Origin: Bdellovibrionales bacterium
GTDB lineage: Bacteria > Bdellovibrionota > Bdellovibrionia > Bdellovibrionales > UBA1609
Assembly (NCBI GenBank): GCA_963692945.1
Contig: OY843585.1
Coordinates: 660,001-692,000 of the forward strand
Length of the DNA: 32,000 bases
Direction of reading: 5' to 3'
The position numbers and the translations under genes are program-made. Shown here in pieces: positions 1 through 9,440 of this stretch. The stretch's first letter is position 1, and every line of letters begins with the position of its first letter. Under the pieces are notes generated by a model. The model was not told the origin of the DNA and searched no databases. It was given only the letters and a program-made list of their open reading frames with translations.

Positions 1-1417
1 ATTCATTAAAAAGAAGTAACCAATAGACAATGTTTTCAGAATTGTAATTGATAGAATCTTTATAACTTTTAAAATTTGTTTTTGAGATTTTCATGTCTAA
101 GTTTTTATTTAAACGATAGTAAGCCATTAAGCCATAATAGCCGAATACATCTTCTTGAATGAGATGTTTAAAAGTTTTTTTTGCTAAAAAATTATAATTT
201 AAAGATATATAAGTTTCTCCTATCCAAAATAAAATTTTGTATTTTGTGTAAGGGTTGAGTGTTGTTTTTTTAAGTTGATTTAGAATAGAAAGAGATTTTA
301 AATATTTTTTTTGTATTCTAAGTAACCAAGCTTTTTTCCATAAGATTCTTTCTAAGAGTTCCTGATTGTTTTTTTCTTTTTTTAAAATTTTAATGGATTT
401 ACTCCAATCTTTGAGGCTTTCTTCAAAGTTTTTTTCTTGTTCATTGATCAATCCTCTTAGCCAATAAGCTTGATCTGTAATAATGGAAGATTTTGGATTT
501 TTCATTATTTGATCCAGAGTTTGTAAAGCCTTCTCATTTTTATCAAAGTTCCAATAATTTCTTACAAGGTTAAGTTCGTTATTGTAGTAATATTTTAAAC
601 TAGTGGTTGTGTTTTCTTTTAGTAACCAATTAGACCATTGCTTAGAGGTGGTGATTTGTTTTTTATAGTTTTTGCGATTTTTATAGATCCAATGAAGCCA
701 TTTAAAACTTTGATTTTTTTGTTCAAAATGAGCTTGATCTGAATTTAAAACTTTTTTATAGAAAGACGAAGCTTTTTTGAAAGCTCGGTTTTTTCTATAA
801 CCATGAGCAATAAAAAGGTAGTCTTTAAACTCGGGATTAGGATTTAGATAAGGAGCTTCTTTATAGAGAAGGGTTTTTAGAGTGTTGATATTTTTTGTTT
901 CTTTTTTTTGTTTAGATAAAGATAAAGCATGTTTTAAATAAGAAATACGGAGGTCTTTGTAAAGAGCATGTTGGCCTAAATATTTTGCAGACTGTATGAT
1001 GTGATCTTTATTTTTAAAAAAAATTCCTCTTTTATAAAAGGCTTCAGCCCATCTTAATTTTAACCATTCTGGAAAAGCAGAGTCCTCAAAGGTAAGGGAG
1101 GTTTTGGAGTAAGGGCAGATTTCATAGGAGTAAATAAGGGCTAATTGATAAAGCGGGAAAGACTTTATTGTAGAAAGTTCCTGCATGTTTTTACAAAAAG
1201 TTTTTGGTTCTTTCTTTTTTAACAGAAGGGCTTTTTGAAATTTTAGCCTCCAAAGAGTAGGGGTGCTATCACTATGAGTTTTTTCTAGTCCATTAAAAAG
1301 GGTATGAATTTTTTTTGCCGATGATTTTTCTATTTGTTTTGGTAATGTGATATCTTTAGATTTCAAAGAGAGACTAAAACTAGAAAAACTTAGAGATAGT
1401 AAAAGAACAAAATACAT
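1..1417 (-). CDS. N-terminal ~472 aa of a secreted all-helical protein, probably an Slt70-type soluble lytic murein transglycosylase (catalytic C-terminus lies beyond the window start)
   Basis: Absent from the ORF track because it is open at the window edge. I checked the minus-strand frame from ATG 1417..1415 line by line: no TTA/CTA/TCA in that frame down to nt 2. Product begins MYFVLLLSLSFSSFSLSLKS (signal peptide). It continues with W/Y/K-rich helical repeats (WLKLRWAEAFYKRG, DVFGYYGLMAYYRLNK) reminiscent of the Slt70 U-domain. Family call is by recall only. Confidence 0.5.
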   Translation of the reverse strand, partial: MYFVLLLSLSFSSFSLSLKSKDITLPKQIEKSSAKKIHTLFNGLEKTHSDSTPTLWRLKFQKALLLKKKEPKTFCKNMQELSTIKSFPLYQLALIYSYEICPYSKTSLTFEDSAFPEWLKLRWAEAFYKRGIFFKNKDHIIQSAKYLGQHALYKDLRISYLKHALSLSKQKKETKNINTLKTLLYKEAPYLNPNPEFKDYLFIAHGYRKNRAFKKASSFYKKVLNSDQAHFEQKNQSFKWLHWIYKNRKNYKKQITTSKQWSNWLLKENTTTSLKYYYNNELNLVRNYWNFDKNEKALQTLDQIMKNPKSSIITDQAYWLRGLINEQEKNFEESLKDWSKSIKILKKEKNNQELLERILWKKAWLLRIQKKYLKSLSILNQLKKTTLNPYTKYKILFWIGETYISLNYNFLAKKTFKHLIQEDVFGYYGLMAYYRLNKNLDMKISKTNFKSYKDSINYNSENIVYWLLLFNE

Positions 1418-1484
1418 TTTTAGATTATAAAACGAATAAAGAGTTGAAAACAACCCTTCTTATATTAAAGAACGATATAGATTA

Positions 1485-2366
1485 TTAATAATAACGTTCT
1501 AATTTTGCAATTCTATCTTCTAATGGAGGATGTGTAGAAAACCAATTTCTTTTCTTTGGAGGAGTAGAGATTTGTAAATAGCTATAGCTTTTTTGATTGG
1601 ATGGGACTGGTGATTGTAAATTCATATTTCTTTGAAGGGCTTTTAAAGCCAGAATCATATTTTCAGATCCTGCTAATTTTGCTCCTCCTTTATCGGCTTT
1701 GTATTCTCTTTTTCTGGAGAAGTAACAAAGAACAATAAAGCCTAAAAGGCTAAAAGCTATTTGTAGCCCCATAAAGATAAGGTACTCCATCCAAAAAGAA
1801 CGGCTTCTTTGTTGAGAAACTATGATTCTTGCAATGAGTCTTGCAGCTATCAAAACCATTGTGTTGATTAAGCCTTGAAGGAGAGTCATTGTAACCATAT
1901 CTCCATTTGCAATATGAGCTATTTCATGACCTAAAACACCTTCTATTTCGTTTTTTGACATATTATTTAAAAGGCCTCTAGAAACAGCTACAAGAGAGCG
2001 ACTTTTACTTGGACCTGTAGCAAAAGCATTGATTTCTGGTTTTTCGTAGATACCAACTTCAGGTTTTTTAGGAAGTCTTGCTTGAGTTGCTAATTGATAA
2101 ACCATATCCAAAAGTTCTTTTTCTTGAGGGTTTTTTGTAAGGGGGTCAATCACTTTCACTCCCATAAATTTTTTAGCAAAAGATCTGGAAAGAGCAAGAG
2201 AGAGAAAAGCTCCACCAAAACCTATGAGAGCATAAAAGATGGCATAAAAAATTAGGTCTCCTTTAATTCCAAAAAACTGCATTAATATTCCAGCAACAGC
2301 AGAAGCTGTTACAACAATTAAAATATTCAGGATTAAAAATAGAAAAATTCTTTTAACGAAACCCAT
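1485..2366 (-). CDS. htpX: HtpX-type M48 zinc metalloprotease (heat-shock membrane protease)
   Basis: HEIAHIANGD (HExxH) motif, N-terminal and central hydrophobic TM segments, overall HtpX-like layout. ATG at 2366..2364. Confidence 0.9.
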   Translation of the reverse strand: MGFVKRIFLFLILNILIVVTASAVAGILMQFFGIKGDLIFYAIFYALIGFGGAFLSLALSRSFAKKFMGVKVIDPLTKNPQEKELLDMVYQLATQARLPKKPEVGIYEKPEINAFATGPSKSRSLVAVSRGLLNNMSKNEIEGVLGHEIAHIANGDMVTMTLLQGLINTMVLIAARLIARIIVSQQRSRSFWMEYLIFMGLQIAFSLLGFIVLCYFSRKREYKADKGGAKLAGSENMILALKALQRNMNLQSPVPSNQKSYSYLQISTPPKKRNWFSTHPPLEDRIAKLERYY

Positions 2367-2384
2367 AACTCACTTTATATATTA

Positions 2385-2413
2385 TAAATAGAAGTTTTAG
2401 TTTTAAAAGTCAA
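2385..2413 (-). promoter_or_regulatory. Candidate sigma70-type promoter for htpX (TTGACT-17 nt-TATTTA on minus strand)
   Basis: Minus-strand TTGACT at 2413..2408 and TATTTA at 2390..2385 with a 17-nt spacer, about 20 nt upstream of the htpX ATG. AT-rich background makes chance matches plausible. Confidence 0.3.
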
Positions 2414-2420
2414 GAATCTA

Positions 2421-2447
2421 GATAAAAAACTCTAGTCAGATATTTCT
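2421..2447. repeat. Short relic of the terminal module of the palindromic repeat family seen at 13.8, 15.9 and 24.7 kb
   Basis: AGATAAAAAACTCTAGT (2421-2437) is identical to the reverse complement of 16184-16200 (right end of copy R2). The following CAGATATTTCT resembles the AGATATTTTCT module of 13849-13859. Confidence 0.35.
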
Positions 2448-2687
2448 AAAAAAAAGGTGTATTTTTAAGCATCCCATCATCTTAAAATGATTTTAGAACG
2501 GACTATAATAATGTTCAGTGATGTGGTTTTTTTTAAAATTATTTTTTTATTTTTCTGAAGATCATCTAAAAAATAAATTTGAAAAGGTAGGAAAAGTAGT
2601 TGTAAAGTTCATAATGCCTGCAAAAAAGACTTTAGCAGCTTGAAATTTAGGTCAATGAAAGATAAAAAAACTCTTTTAGGTGGAAGA

Positions 2688-2718
2688 CTTGATTTTTCAA
2701 AATTTAGACCCCTTATTT
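2688..2718 (+). promoter_or_regulatory. Candidate sigma32 (heat-shock) promoter upstream of dnaJ-dnaK
   Basis: CTTGATTT (2688-2695), then CCCCTTATTT (2709-2718), with 16 nt between CTTGA and CCCC. Compare the E. coli sigma32 consensus CTTGAAA-N13-17-CCCCATNT and dnaK P1 (CTTGATG...CCCCATTTA). It sits about 94 nt upstream of the dnaJ ATG. Confidence 0.45.
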
Positions 2719-2811
2719 TAAAAGAGTTGGGCTTCCATGTAGGGAAATAGGGCGACAAAAGATAATAAGACAATTTGTTTTTTGTTTGTAATGAAGAAAA
2801 AGTAGGAATAT

Positions 2812-3921
2812 ATGCCAAGAGATTATTATGATGTTTTATCTGTTTCTCGTAATGCAACTGAAGATGAAATCAAACAGGCTTATAGAAAATTGGCTTTAAA
2901 ATATCACCCGGATCGTAATCCTGGAGATAAAGCCAAAGAAGATAAATTTAAAGAAGCTTCTGAGGCTTATCAAATTTTAGGCGATTCTAAAAAACGTCAA
3001 CAGTATGACCAATTAGGGCATAGTGCTTTTAATAGTAGTAGAGGTGGAGCTCACTTTGATGATTTAGGAGATATTTTTGCAACATTTAAAGATGTCTTTG
3101 AAGATTCTAATTTTTTTGGAGGAGGCTTTGAAAGTTTGTTTACAGGTGGTTCTTCTTTTAGAAGTCATAGAGCAAAAGGAGCTGATCTTCAATATCCTTT
3201 AGAATTAACTTTGAAGGAAGTGTTGACAGGTGTGAATAAAGACATTTCTTTTCATGGAGAAGTTTTTTGTTCGGGCTGTAAAGGGACAGGAGCTAAATCG
3301 GGAACAAAACGAATACGATGCACTCACTGTGATGGGCAAGGGCAGATTCTCAGTAAAAAAGGTTTTATTTCTTTTGCTACAGCCTGTTCTTCTTGTCGGG
3401 GACAAGGAACCATTTTGGAGACGCCTTGTGCTGAATGTTATGGTCGGGGAAAAATGAAAAAAAGAAGAGCCCTAACTGTGAAAATTCCAGCCGGCGTGGA
3501 TCATGGGACCCCATTGCGAATGAGAGGAGAGGGAGAACCAGGAATTCAAGGCATGGAATCAGGGGATCTCTACATAGACATTCGTTTGAAGTCAGACCCT
3601 CAATTTGTCAAATCAGGCCGGAATTTAAACACTCTGGTTTCTATTAGTTATTTACAGGCTTTGTTAGGGGTAGAAAAAGAGATTCAAATTTTAACAGGAA
3701 AAGAAAAGATTCTTATTCCTTCGGGAACTCAATCTGGAGATAAGGTGATATTGTCTCATGCTGGGTTACCGAGTTTGAGAAATCCTACTCGTGGAGACCT
3801 TATCTGTGAAATTAAGGTTGAAATACCTAAAAAACTGAAAAAGAAAGAGGAAATATTGCTTAGGGAAATTGTGGATTTAAAAAAAGAATCAGTTTCTCCT
3901 AAAAAAAATAAATTGTTTTGA
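2812..3921 (+). CDS. dnaJ: Chaperone DnaJ (Hsp40)
   Basis: J-domain with HPDRNP, G/F-rich linker, four CxxCxGxG zinc-finger repeats ([32 protein letters not shown]). Confidence 0.96.
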   Translation: MPRDYYDVLSVSRNATEDEIKQAYRKLALKYHPDRNPGDKAKEDKFKEASEAYQILGDSKKRQQYDQLGHSAFNSSRGGAHFDDLGDIFATFKDVFEDSNFFGGGFESLFTGGSSFRSHRAKGADLQYPLELTLKEVLTGVNKDISFHGEVFCSGCKGTGAKSGTKRIRCTHCDGQGQILSKKGFISFATACSSCRGQGTILETPCAECYGRGKMKKRRALTVKIPAGVDHGTPLRMRGEGEPGIQGMESGDLYIDIRLKSDPQFVKSGRNLNTLVSISYLQALLGVEKEIQILTGKEKILIPSGTQSGDKVILSHAGLPSLRNPTRGDLICEIKVEIPKKLKKKEEILLREIVDLKKESVSPKKNKLF

Positions 3922-3995
3922 GGGTTGATCTTGACGATAGTAGATATTGTCTAAACATTAGTATTTGCAAGTTACATTAAAAAAGGAGATATGAG

Positions 3996-5903
3996 ATGGG
4001 AAAAATAATTGGAATTGATTTGGGAACAACAAACTCAGTTGTTTCTATTATAGAAAATAGTCAGCCTAAGGTTTTAACAAATTCAGAAGGGGCTTATACA
4101 ACTCCTTCCGTTGTAGCTTACACGAAAAAAGGTGAGATTTTGGTTGGACAATTGGCTAAGAGGCAAGCTGTAAGTAATCCTGAAAACACGGTGTATTCTT
4201 CTAAGCGTTTTATAGGTCGTTTATTTTCTGAAGTTAAAACTGAAATCAGTAACTTTCCATTTGAAGTGGTTCAAAAAAAAGGTGGTGAGACTTGTGTTTT
4301 TAAAGTCAATAAAGAGGAAGTTTCTCCAGAAAAGGTGGCTTCTCTTATTCTTTCTAAATTGAAAAAAGATGCTGAATCTTACTTGGGTCAAGAGGTTAAA
4401 GAGGCCGTTATAACAGTTCCTGCTTATTTTAATGATGCTCAAAGACAAGCTACGAAAGATGCAGGGAAAGTGGCTGGTTTAGATGTCAAAAGAATCATCA
4501 ATGAACCAACAGCAGCTGCTTTATCTTATGGTTTAGATAAAAAAAAGAATTCTAAAGTGGTTGTTTATGATTTTGGTGGTGGAACTTTTGATGTGTCTAT
4601 TTTGGAAATTGCCAATCAGGTTGTAGAAGTGAAGGCTACTAATGGAGACACACAACTTGGAGGGGATGATTTTGATGAGGTCCTTTTGAATTGGTTGGCT
4701 GATGAATTTCAAAAAATAGAAGGTATTGATTTAAGAAAAGATAAAATGGCACTTCAAAGGCTTCGTGAAGCTGCTGAAAAGGCTAAAATTGAATTAAGTA
4801 TGGCTCAAGAAACCTCTATCAATCTTCCTTTTATAACAGCTAAAGAATCAGGAGCAAAACACTTAGAAACAAATTTGACTCGTGCAAAATTTAATCAACT
4901 GACAGAAAACCTTGTTGAGAGGGCTTTAAAACCTTGCCGTGTTGTTTTACAAGATGCTCAGATAAAAATAGAAGATATTGATGAAGTGATTATGGTGGGT
5001 GGGAGTACTCGTATTCCAGCTATTCAAGAATCTGTGAAAAAGTTTTTCAAAAAAGATCTTAATCTTTCTGTAAATCCTGATCAGGTTGTGTCTTGTGGAG
5101 CTGCTGTTCAAGCTGGAGTTCTTTCTAGTGAGATAAAAGATGTTCTTTTATTAGATGTTACCCCTCTTTCTTTGGGTATTGAGACTTTAGGAGGAGTGAT
5201 GATACCTCTTATTTCTAAAAATACAACTATTCCAACTAAAAAATCGGAGGTGTTTTCTACAGCAGAAGACAATCAAACCGTTGTGTCTATACATGTGCTT
5301 CAAGGTGAGAGAAAGATGGCTCAGGATAATAAGACACTTGGTCGGTTTGATTTACGAGATATAGTTCCAGCGGCTAGAGGTGTGCCTCAAATTGAGGTTT
5401 CTTTTGATATTGATGCTAATGGAATCATCCATGTTTCAGCCAAAGATAAGTCTTCGGGAAGAAGTCAAAATATTAAAATTCAACAACCCAACTTAAGCGA
5501 AGAAGAGATTGGTCAAATGATTAAGGAGGCTGAAGTTTATGAAGATGAAGATCGTCAGCGTAAGGAATCCATCACTTTAAAAAATGAAATTGATCAACAA
5601 GCTTATCAATCTGAAAAACTGCTTAAAGAGAATAAAGATAAATTGGATGCCTCTTTAAAACAGGATTTGGAAAAACATATACTTGAATCTCGTGAACTCA
5701 TAAAAAAAGAGGGTGTTAGTATTGAAGAACTAAAACAGAAAAAAGATGTTCTTATGAAATCCATGCAAGATTTGGGAACTCAGATTTACAAACAACAAGG
5801 TGATTCTCAGAAAAATAATGATAAGAAAACAAATGCGTCTAGCAGTTCTGATAAAAATGGAGATGATCCTGTAGATGTGAAATACGATAAAAAAGAAGAG
5901 TGA
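3996..5903 (+). CDS. dnaK: Chaperone DnaK (Hsp70)
   Basis: [19 protein letters not shown] and VGGSTRIP signatures. AAGGAG Shine-Dalgarno 8 nt upstream of the ATG. Confidence 0.97.
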   Translation: MGKIIGIDLGTTNSVVSIIENSQPKVLTNSEGAYTTPSVVAYTKKGEILVGQLAKRQAVSNPENTVYSSKRFIGRLFSEVKTEISNFPFEVVQKKGGETCVFKVNKEEVSPEKVASLILSKLKKDAESYLGQEVKEAVITVPAYFNDAQRQATKDAGKVAGLDVKRIINEPTAAALSYGLDKKKNSKVVVYDFGGGTFDVSILEIANQVVEVKATNGDTQLGGDDFDEVLLNWLADEFQKIEGIDLRKDKMALQRLREAAEKAKIELSMAQETSINLPFITAKESGAKHLETNLTRAKFNQLTENLVERALKPCRVVLQDAQIKIEDIDEVIMVGGSTRIPAIQESVKKFFKKDLNLSVNPDQVVSCGAAVQAGVLSSEIKDVLLLDVTPLSLGIETLGGVMIPLISKNTTIPTKKSEVFSTAEDNQTVVSIHVLQGERKMAQDNKTLGRFDLRDIVPAARGVPQIEVSFDIDANGIIHVSAKDKSSGRSQNIKIQQPNLSEEEIGQMIKEAEVYEDEDRQRKESITLKNEIDQQAYQSEKLLKENKDKLDASLKQDLEKHILESRELIKKEGVSIEELKQKKDVLMKSMQDLGTQIYKQQGDSQKNNDKKTNASSSSDKNGDDPVDVKYDKKEE

Positions 5904-5963
5904 ATTTGTTCATTAAACAAGATCTATTTGTATAAATAGCAAGATTTTGTTAAAATTTTATCT

Positions 5964-8180
5964 GTGTCTAAGAAAGTTCTTTCAAAAACAGGAGATGCTT
6001 CTTATATTGAAGAACTGATACGGAAGATACATAAAAACTCTCCTCATTTAGATACAGATCAAATTGTGAAAGCGTATGAGTATTCTAAAAGTGCTCATAA
6101 AGGTCAAAAACGTTGGAGTGGTGAACCTTACATCACTCACCCGCTCTCTGTTGCTGATATCTTAGTTGATCTTCACATGGATCAAGAAAGCATCATCACG
6201 GCTTTGCTTCATGATGTTGTGGAAGATACAGAAGTATCTCTTGAGCAAATAAAAAAAGAATTTGGTTTAAAAGTCGCCTCTTTAGTGGATGGTGTGACTA
6301 AAATTTCTAAAATGGATTTTCGTAATATTCATCAAAAGCAAAGTGAAAATATTCGTAAAATGATTATAGCGATGGGAAAAGATGTGAGAGTCATCTTAGT
6401 TAAATTGGCAGATCGTCTTCATAATTTAAGAACTCTTCAGTATATGTCTTTTAGCAAACAAGTGCGTATTGCTAATGAGACTTTAGATATTTACACGCCC
6501 TTAGCCTCTCGTTTAGGTATGAATGAAATCAAATTGGAAATGGAAGATTTATCTTTTAAATATTCAAGTCCTGAAACTTTTAATTTTTTAAATAGAAAAA
6601 TGTCTCAGCTCAATCAAGATAGGGAAAGGTATAGTGAAAAAGTGATTCACCTTTTAGCAAGAGCCTTAAAAGACAATAAGATTGAAGGTTGTGAAGTTAA
6701 AGGAAGATACAAAAATATTTATTCTATCCATCGTAAAATGTTCCGAGACAATATCTCTTTTGAAGATATTTATGATTTAGTAGGTTTTCGTATTTGTGTG
6801 AAAGAAATTCATGAATGTTATGAGGCTTTAGGTTTGGTTCATGCTCTCTGGAGACCTGTTCCTGGAAGGTTTAAAGATTTTATAGCAATGCCTAAACCGA
6901 ATCATTATCAAAGTCTTCATACAACAGTTATAGGACCTGAAGGACAAAAAATTGAGATACAAATTCGTACTTATGATATGCACCTTACGGCAGAAAGGGG
7001 AATTGCAGCTCATTGGATTTATAAATCTCAAAAAAAGAATCAAAAAGTTAAACAAAGGACACTTGGTACATTTAATTGGTTGAAAGATTTGGTGTCTTTA
7101 CATCAAAGTTCTTCTGATTCTAATGAATTTCTAGAAAATATAAAATTAGATTTGTTTGAAGCGGCTATTTATGTTTTTACACCAGCAGGGGATATTAAAG
7201 AATTTCCAAAAAATGCAACCCCTATTGATTTTGCTTACTCTATTCATACGGATGTGGGTTCTAAAATTATAGGTGCTAAAGTGAATGGCTTTCAAGTGCC
7301 TTTGAAATACAAATTACAAAGTGGTGATACCGTAGAGGTGATAACATCTAAGAAACAACAACCTTCTAAGGATTGGTTAAAAATATGTGTGACTTCTCGT
7401 GCTCGTTCTAAAATTAAAAATTACTTTAAAACGGAAGAGAGAAAAATTTCAGCAGAGATAGGGAAAAAAATAATGGAGAAGAATTGTCAAAAATTTAATT
7501 TGCTTGAACAAGATATTGTATCTCACACTCGTTACAATGATTTTTTGAAAAATTGCGGATTTAATAAAATAGAAGACATATACATTAATCTTGGTATTGG
7601 TAAGTTGTCTTTTGAGCATCTTTATAAATTTTTGTATAAAAAAGATCTTAAAGTTGAAGACAAGGACACTTCAAAGTTTAGCATTTCTTCTTTTTTTTCA
7701 TCCAATAAACAGAAAACTTCTAATGTCTCTCCCATTATTATTGAAGGTTCCAATAATATTTTGGTTCATTTTGCAAAATGTTGTAATCCTGTTTTAGGTG
7801 ATTCTATTAGGGCTTATATAAGCCCTAAAAAAGGAATAGTGATTCACCGCTCTTTATGTTGGAAGCTATCTGGAGTGGCTCCTGAGCGATTTGTTGAGGT
7901 GGATTGGACAAAGAGTAGTTTGAGCACTGAGTTTCTTCTTGATCTTCAAGTGGTTTGTGATGATAAACCAGGTACACTTTCACAGTTGAGTGAAGTTTTT
8001 AATTCTTTTAGTTTGAATATTATAGATGTTCAAGTGAACAGGGAAGCAAATGTAAAAGTCTTTTTGGCTTTTAAAACTAAAGTCAAAGATTTAGATCAAC
8101 TTCAACAGTTGATAGATCGGTTACATAAAGTGGATAGTGTTATTAGTGTGTCTAGAAAAGTGAGTGTTGATACAGATTAA
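5964..8180 (+). CDS. rel: Bifunctional RelA/SpoT-family (p)ppGpp synthetase/hydrolase
   Basis: HD hydrolase motif (HDVVEDT), RelA/SpoT synthetase region (YKNIYSIHRKM...GFRICV...RFKDFIAMPKPNHYQSLHT), TGS and C-terminal ACT-like regions. The start is GTG at 5964; start choice is uncertain. Confidence 0.9.
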   Translation: MSKKVLSKTGDASYIEELIRKIHKNSPHLDTDQIVKAYEYSKSAHKGQKRWSGEPYITHPLSVADILVDLHMDQESIITALLHDVVEDTEVSLEQIKKEFGLKVASLVDGVTKISKMDFRNIHQKQSENIRKMIIAMGKDVRVILVKLADRLHNLRTLQYMSFSKQVRIANETLDIYTPLASRLGMNEIKLEMEDLSFKYSSPETFNFLNRKMSQLNQDRERYSEKVIHLLARALKDNKIEGCEVKGRYKNIYSIHRKMFRDNISFEDIYDLVGFRICVKEIHECYEALGLVHALWRPVPGRFKDFIAMPKPNHYQSLHTTVIGPEGQKIEIQIRTYDMHLTAERGIAAHWIYKSQKKNQKVKQRTLGTFNWLKDLVSLHQSSSDSNEFLENIKLDLFEAAIYVFTPAGDIKEFPKNATPIDFAYSIHTDVGSKIIGAKVNGFQVPLKYKLQSGDTVEVITSKKQQPSKDWLKICVTSRARSKIKNYFKTEERKISAEIGKKIMEKNCQKFNLLEQDIVSHTRYNDFLKNCGFNKIEDIYINLGIGKLSFEHLYKFLYKKDLKVEDKDTSKFSISSFFSSNKQKTSNVSPIIIEGSNNILVHFAKCCNPVLGDSIRAYISPKKGIVIHRSLCWKLSGVAPERFVEVDWTKSSLSTEFLLDLQVVCDDKPGTLSQLSEVFNSFSLNIIDVQVNREANVKVFLAFKTKVKDLDQLQQLIDRLHKVDSVISVSRKVSVDTD

Positions 8181-9229
8181 AATCTATATCCGAAACCTAG
8201 ATTTACGCTGGTTGTTCCAACCAGAGTTGTTGCTGTTGGTGGCACTACTAAACTAGGTGTTACACTTATTGGTATAACAAAATTTCCAAAAGATAAATCT
8301 ACACCTAAAATGAGGCCTAATGTTCCATGAAAATCAAAACTTTCTTTTGATAAATTGGCCTTATTGAGATACCCAAGAGGGTAGAGCAAGGACCCGTCTA
8401 TTCCAAGAGATAACTTTATAGATTTTTTATTTAAAAGATGACCTTTTAAAGTTAATCCTGCTATAACATAGTCAATATCTAGAGAGCATGTGGATTTTCC
8501 ACATTTGTCTTCCGATTTGGCTGAATATCTTTGATACCCTGCATGACCTCCTATAGATAAAAAATCATTTACTGAGGCTTCAACAAAAAATCTTCCTCCA
8601 TATCCAAATCCTTTTATGAAAATAGAATTCTTTTTAGAAGGAGAAATTTTCATAAAATTAAAACTCCCTATAGGTTGAACACCAATAGTGAAATTTCCTG
8701 AATAAGGGTGTTTTGATGACTCTTTATTGTAGAAATCGTTAGAATCATTATAGGAATCATAGTTGTCCGAGTTGTTAAAAGAAAATTGGTTATCATCTAT
8801 AAGAAATTCTTCTTGATCATTAGAAGCTATTTCCCTTTGAGCATTTCTTCTTTTTTGAGCAAGGAGTCTTTTTTTCCTTTGTTGTTGAATGAATCTTTTT
8901 CTTTTTAGTTTTTGCTTTTGAAGAAGAGCCATTTTGTATTTTCTTAATTTACTTATAGCCCATCTTTTACTTTTTGGTTCTAGCGACCATTTAAGTCCAA
9001 TTCTTCCTAATTTTAAAGTTCCAATGGCTTTTTTATCACCTACTCGTTTGATCTGAACTAAACCCTTGCTGTTTCCGTAAAGATCTAGTGCTTCAAAATA
9101 AGCTCCTCTTTTAGTTCTCAGACCTTCCAAATGGATAAGAGCTTGATTGTTATTGATTTTTAGAACAACTGCACTTTCTACAGAAAAAGGTAGAAATAAT
9201 AAAGATAAGGTAAATAAAAATAATTTCAT
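8177..9229 (-). CDS. Outer-membrane protein: signal peptide, N-terminal domain, highly basic K/R-rich segment, acidic N/D/S-rich spacer, C-terminal beta-barrel-like region ending GFGYRF
   Basis: MKLFLFTLSLLFLPFSVESA signal peptide. Alternating hydrophobic strands in the last ~170 aa with a terminal Phe, typical of BAM substrates. No family recognised. Confidence 0.6.
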   Translation of the reverse strand: MKLFLFTLSLLFLPFSVESAVVLKINNNQALIHLEGLRTKRGAYFEALDLYGNSKGLVQIKRVGDKKAIGTLKLGRIGLKWSLEPKSKRWAISKLRKYKMALLQKQKLKRKRFIQQQRKKRLLAQKRRNAQREIASNDQEEFLIDDNQFSFNNSDNYDSYNDSNDFYNKESSKHPYSGNFTIGVQPIGSFNFMKISPSKKNSIFIKGFGYGGRFFVEASVNDFLSIGGHAGYQRYSAKSEDKCGKSTCSLDIDYVIAGLTLKGHLLNKKSIKLSLGIDGSLLYPLGYLNKANLSKESFDFHGTLGLILGVDLSFGNFVIPISVTPSLVVPPTATTLVGTTSVNLGFGYRF

Positions 9230-9440
9230 ATTGAAGTTCCTTTAGTTACTCTTTATATCGGGTTATTTTTGAAGGTATTTAAATTTTTTCCTTATAGATT
9301 GGTTTTTTTTGTTTCCTATTGAGGCTTGATTCATCAAAGTGATTACGACAAAAGTCTAGAGGAAAAATCTGATCTTATTTAGTAAAGGCTTGAACTTCTT
9401 ATTTTATTCATTAAATTGAGAGCATAGGGATAAAGTAGAA

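Noticed and set aside
2631-2660. Possible CIRCE (HrcA) operator starting TTAGCAGCT
   Set aside because: Only the left half resembles TTAGCACTC. The expected GAGTGCTAA right half 9 nt away is absent (GGTCAATGA).
2609-2857. 82-aa minus-strand ORF in the htpX/dnaJ intergenic region
   Set aside because: It overlaps the dnaJ start and the candidate heat-shock promoter. It has a low-complexity K/L/F-rich product, no SD and no recognisable motif. It is most likely a chance ORF in AT-rich DNA.
3930-3958. Promoter-like CTTGACG...CTAAACAT between dnaJ and dnaK
   Set aside because: The -10 candidates (TAAACA, AACATT) are poor for sigma70, and the CCCC element of sigma32 is missing. It cannot be supported from sequence alone.
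3205-7797. Short ORFs inside or antisense to dnaJ, dnaK and rel (3205-3405, 3254-3457, 3435-3647, 4221-4448, 6828-7055, 7591-7797)
   Set aside because: All are fully nested in strongly supported conserved genes. They are shadow ORFs with no motifs.
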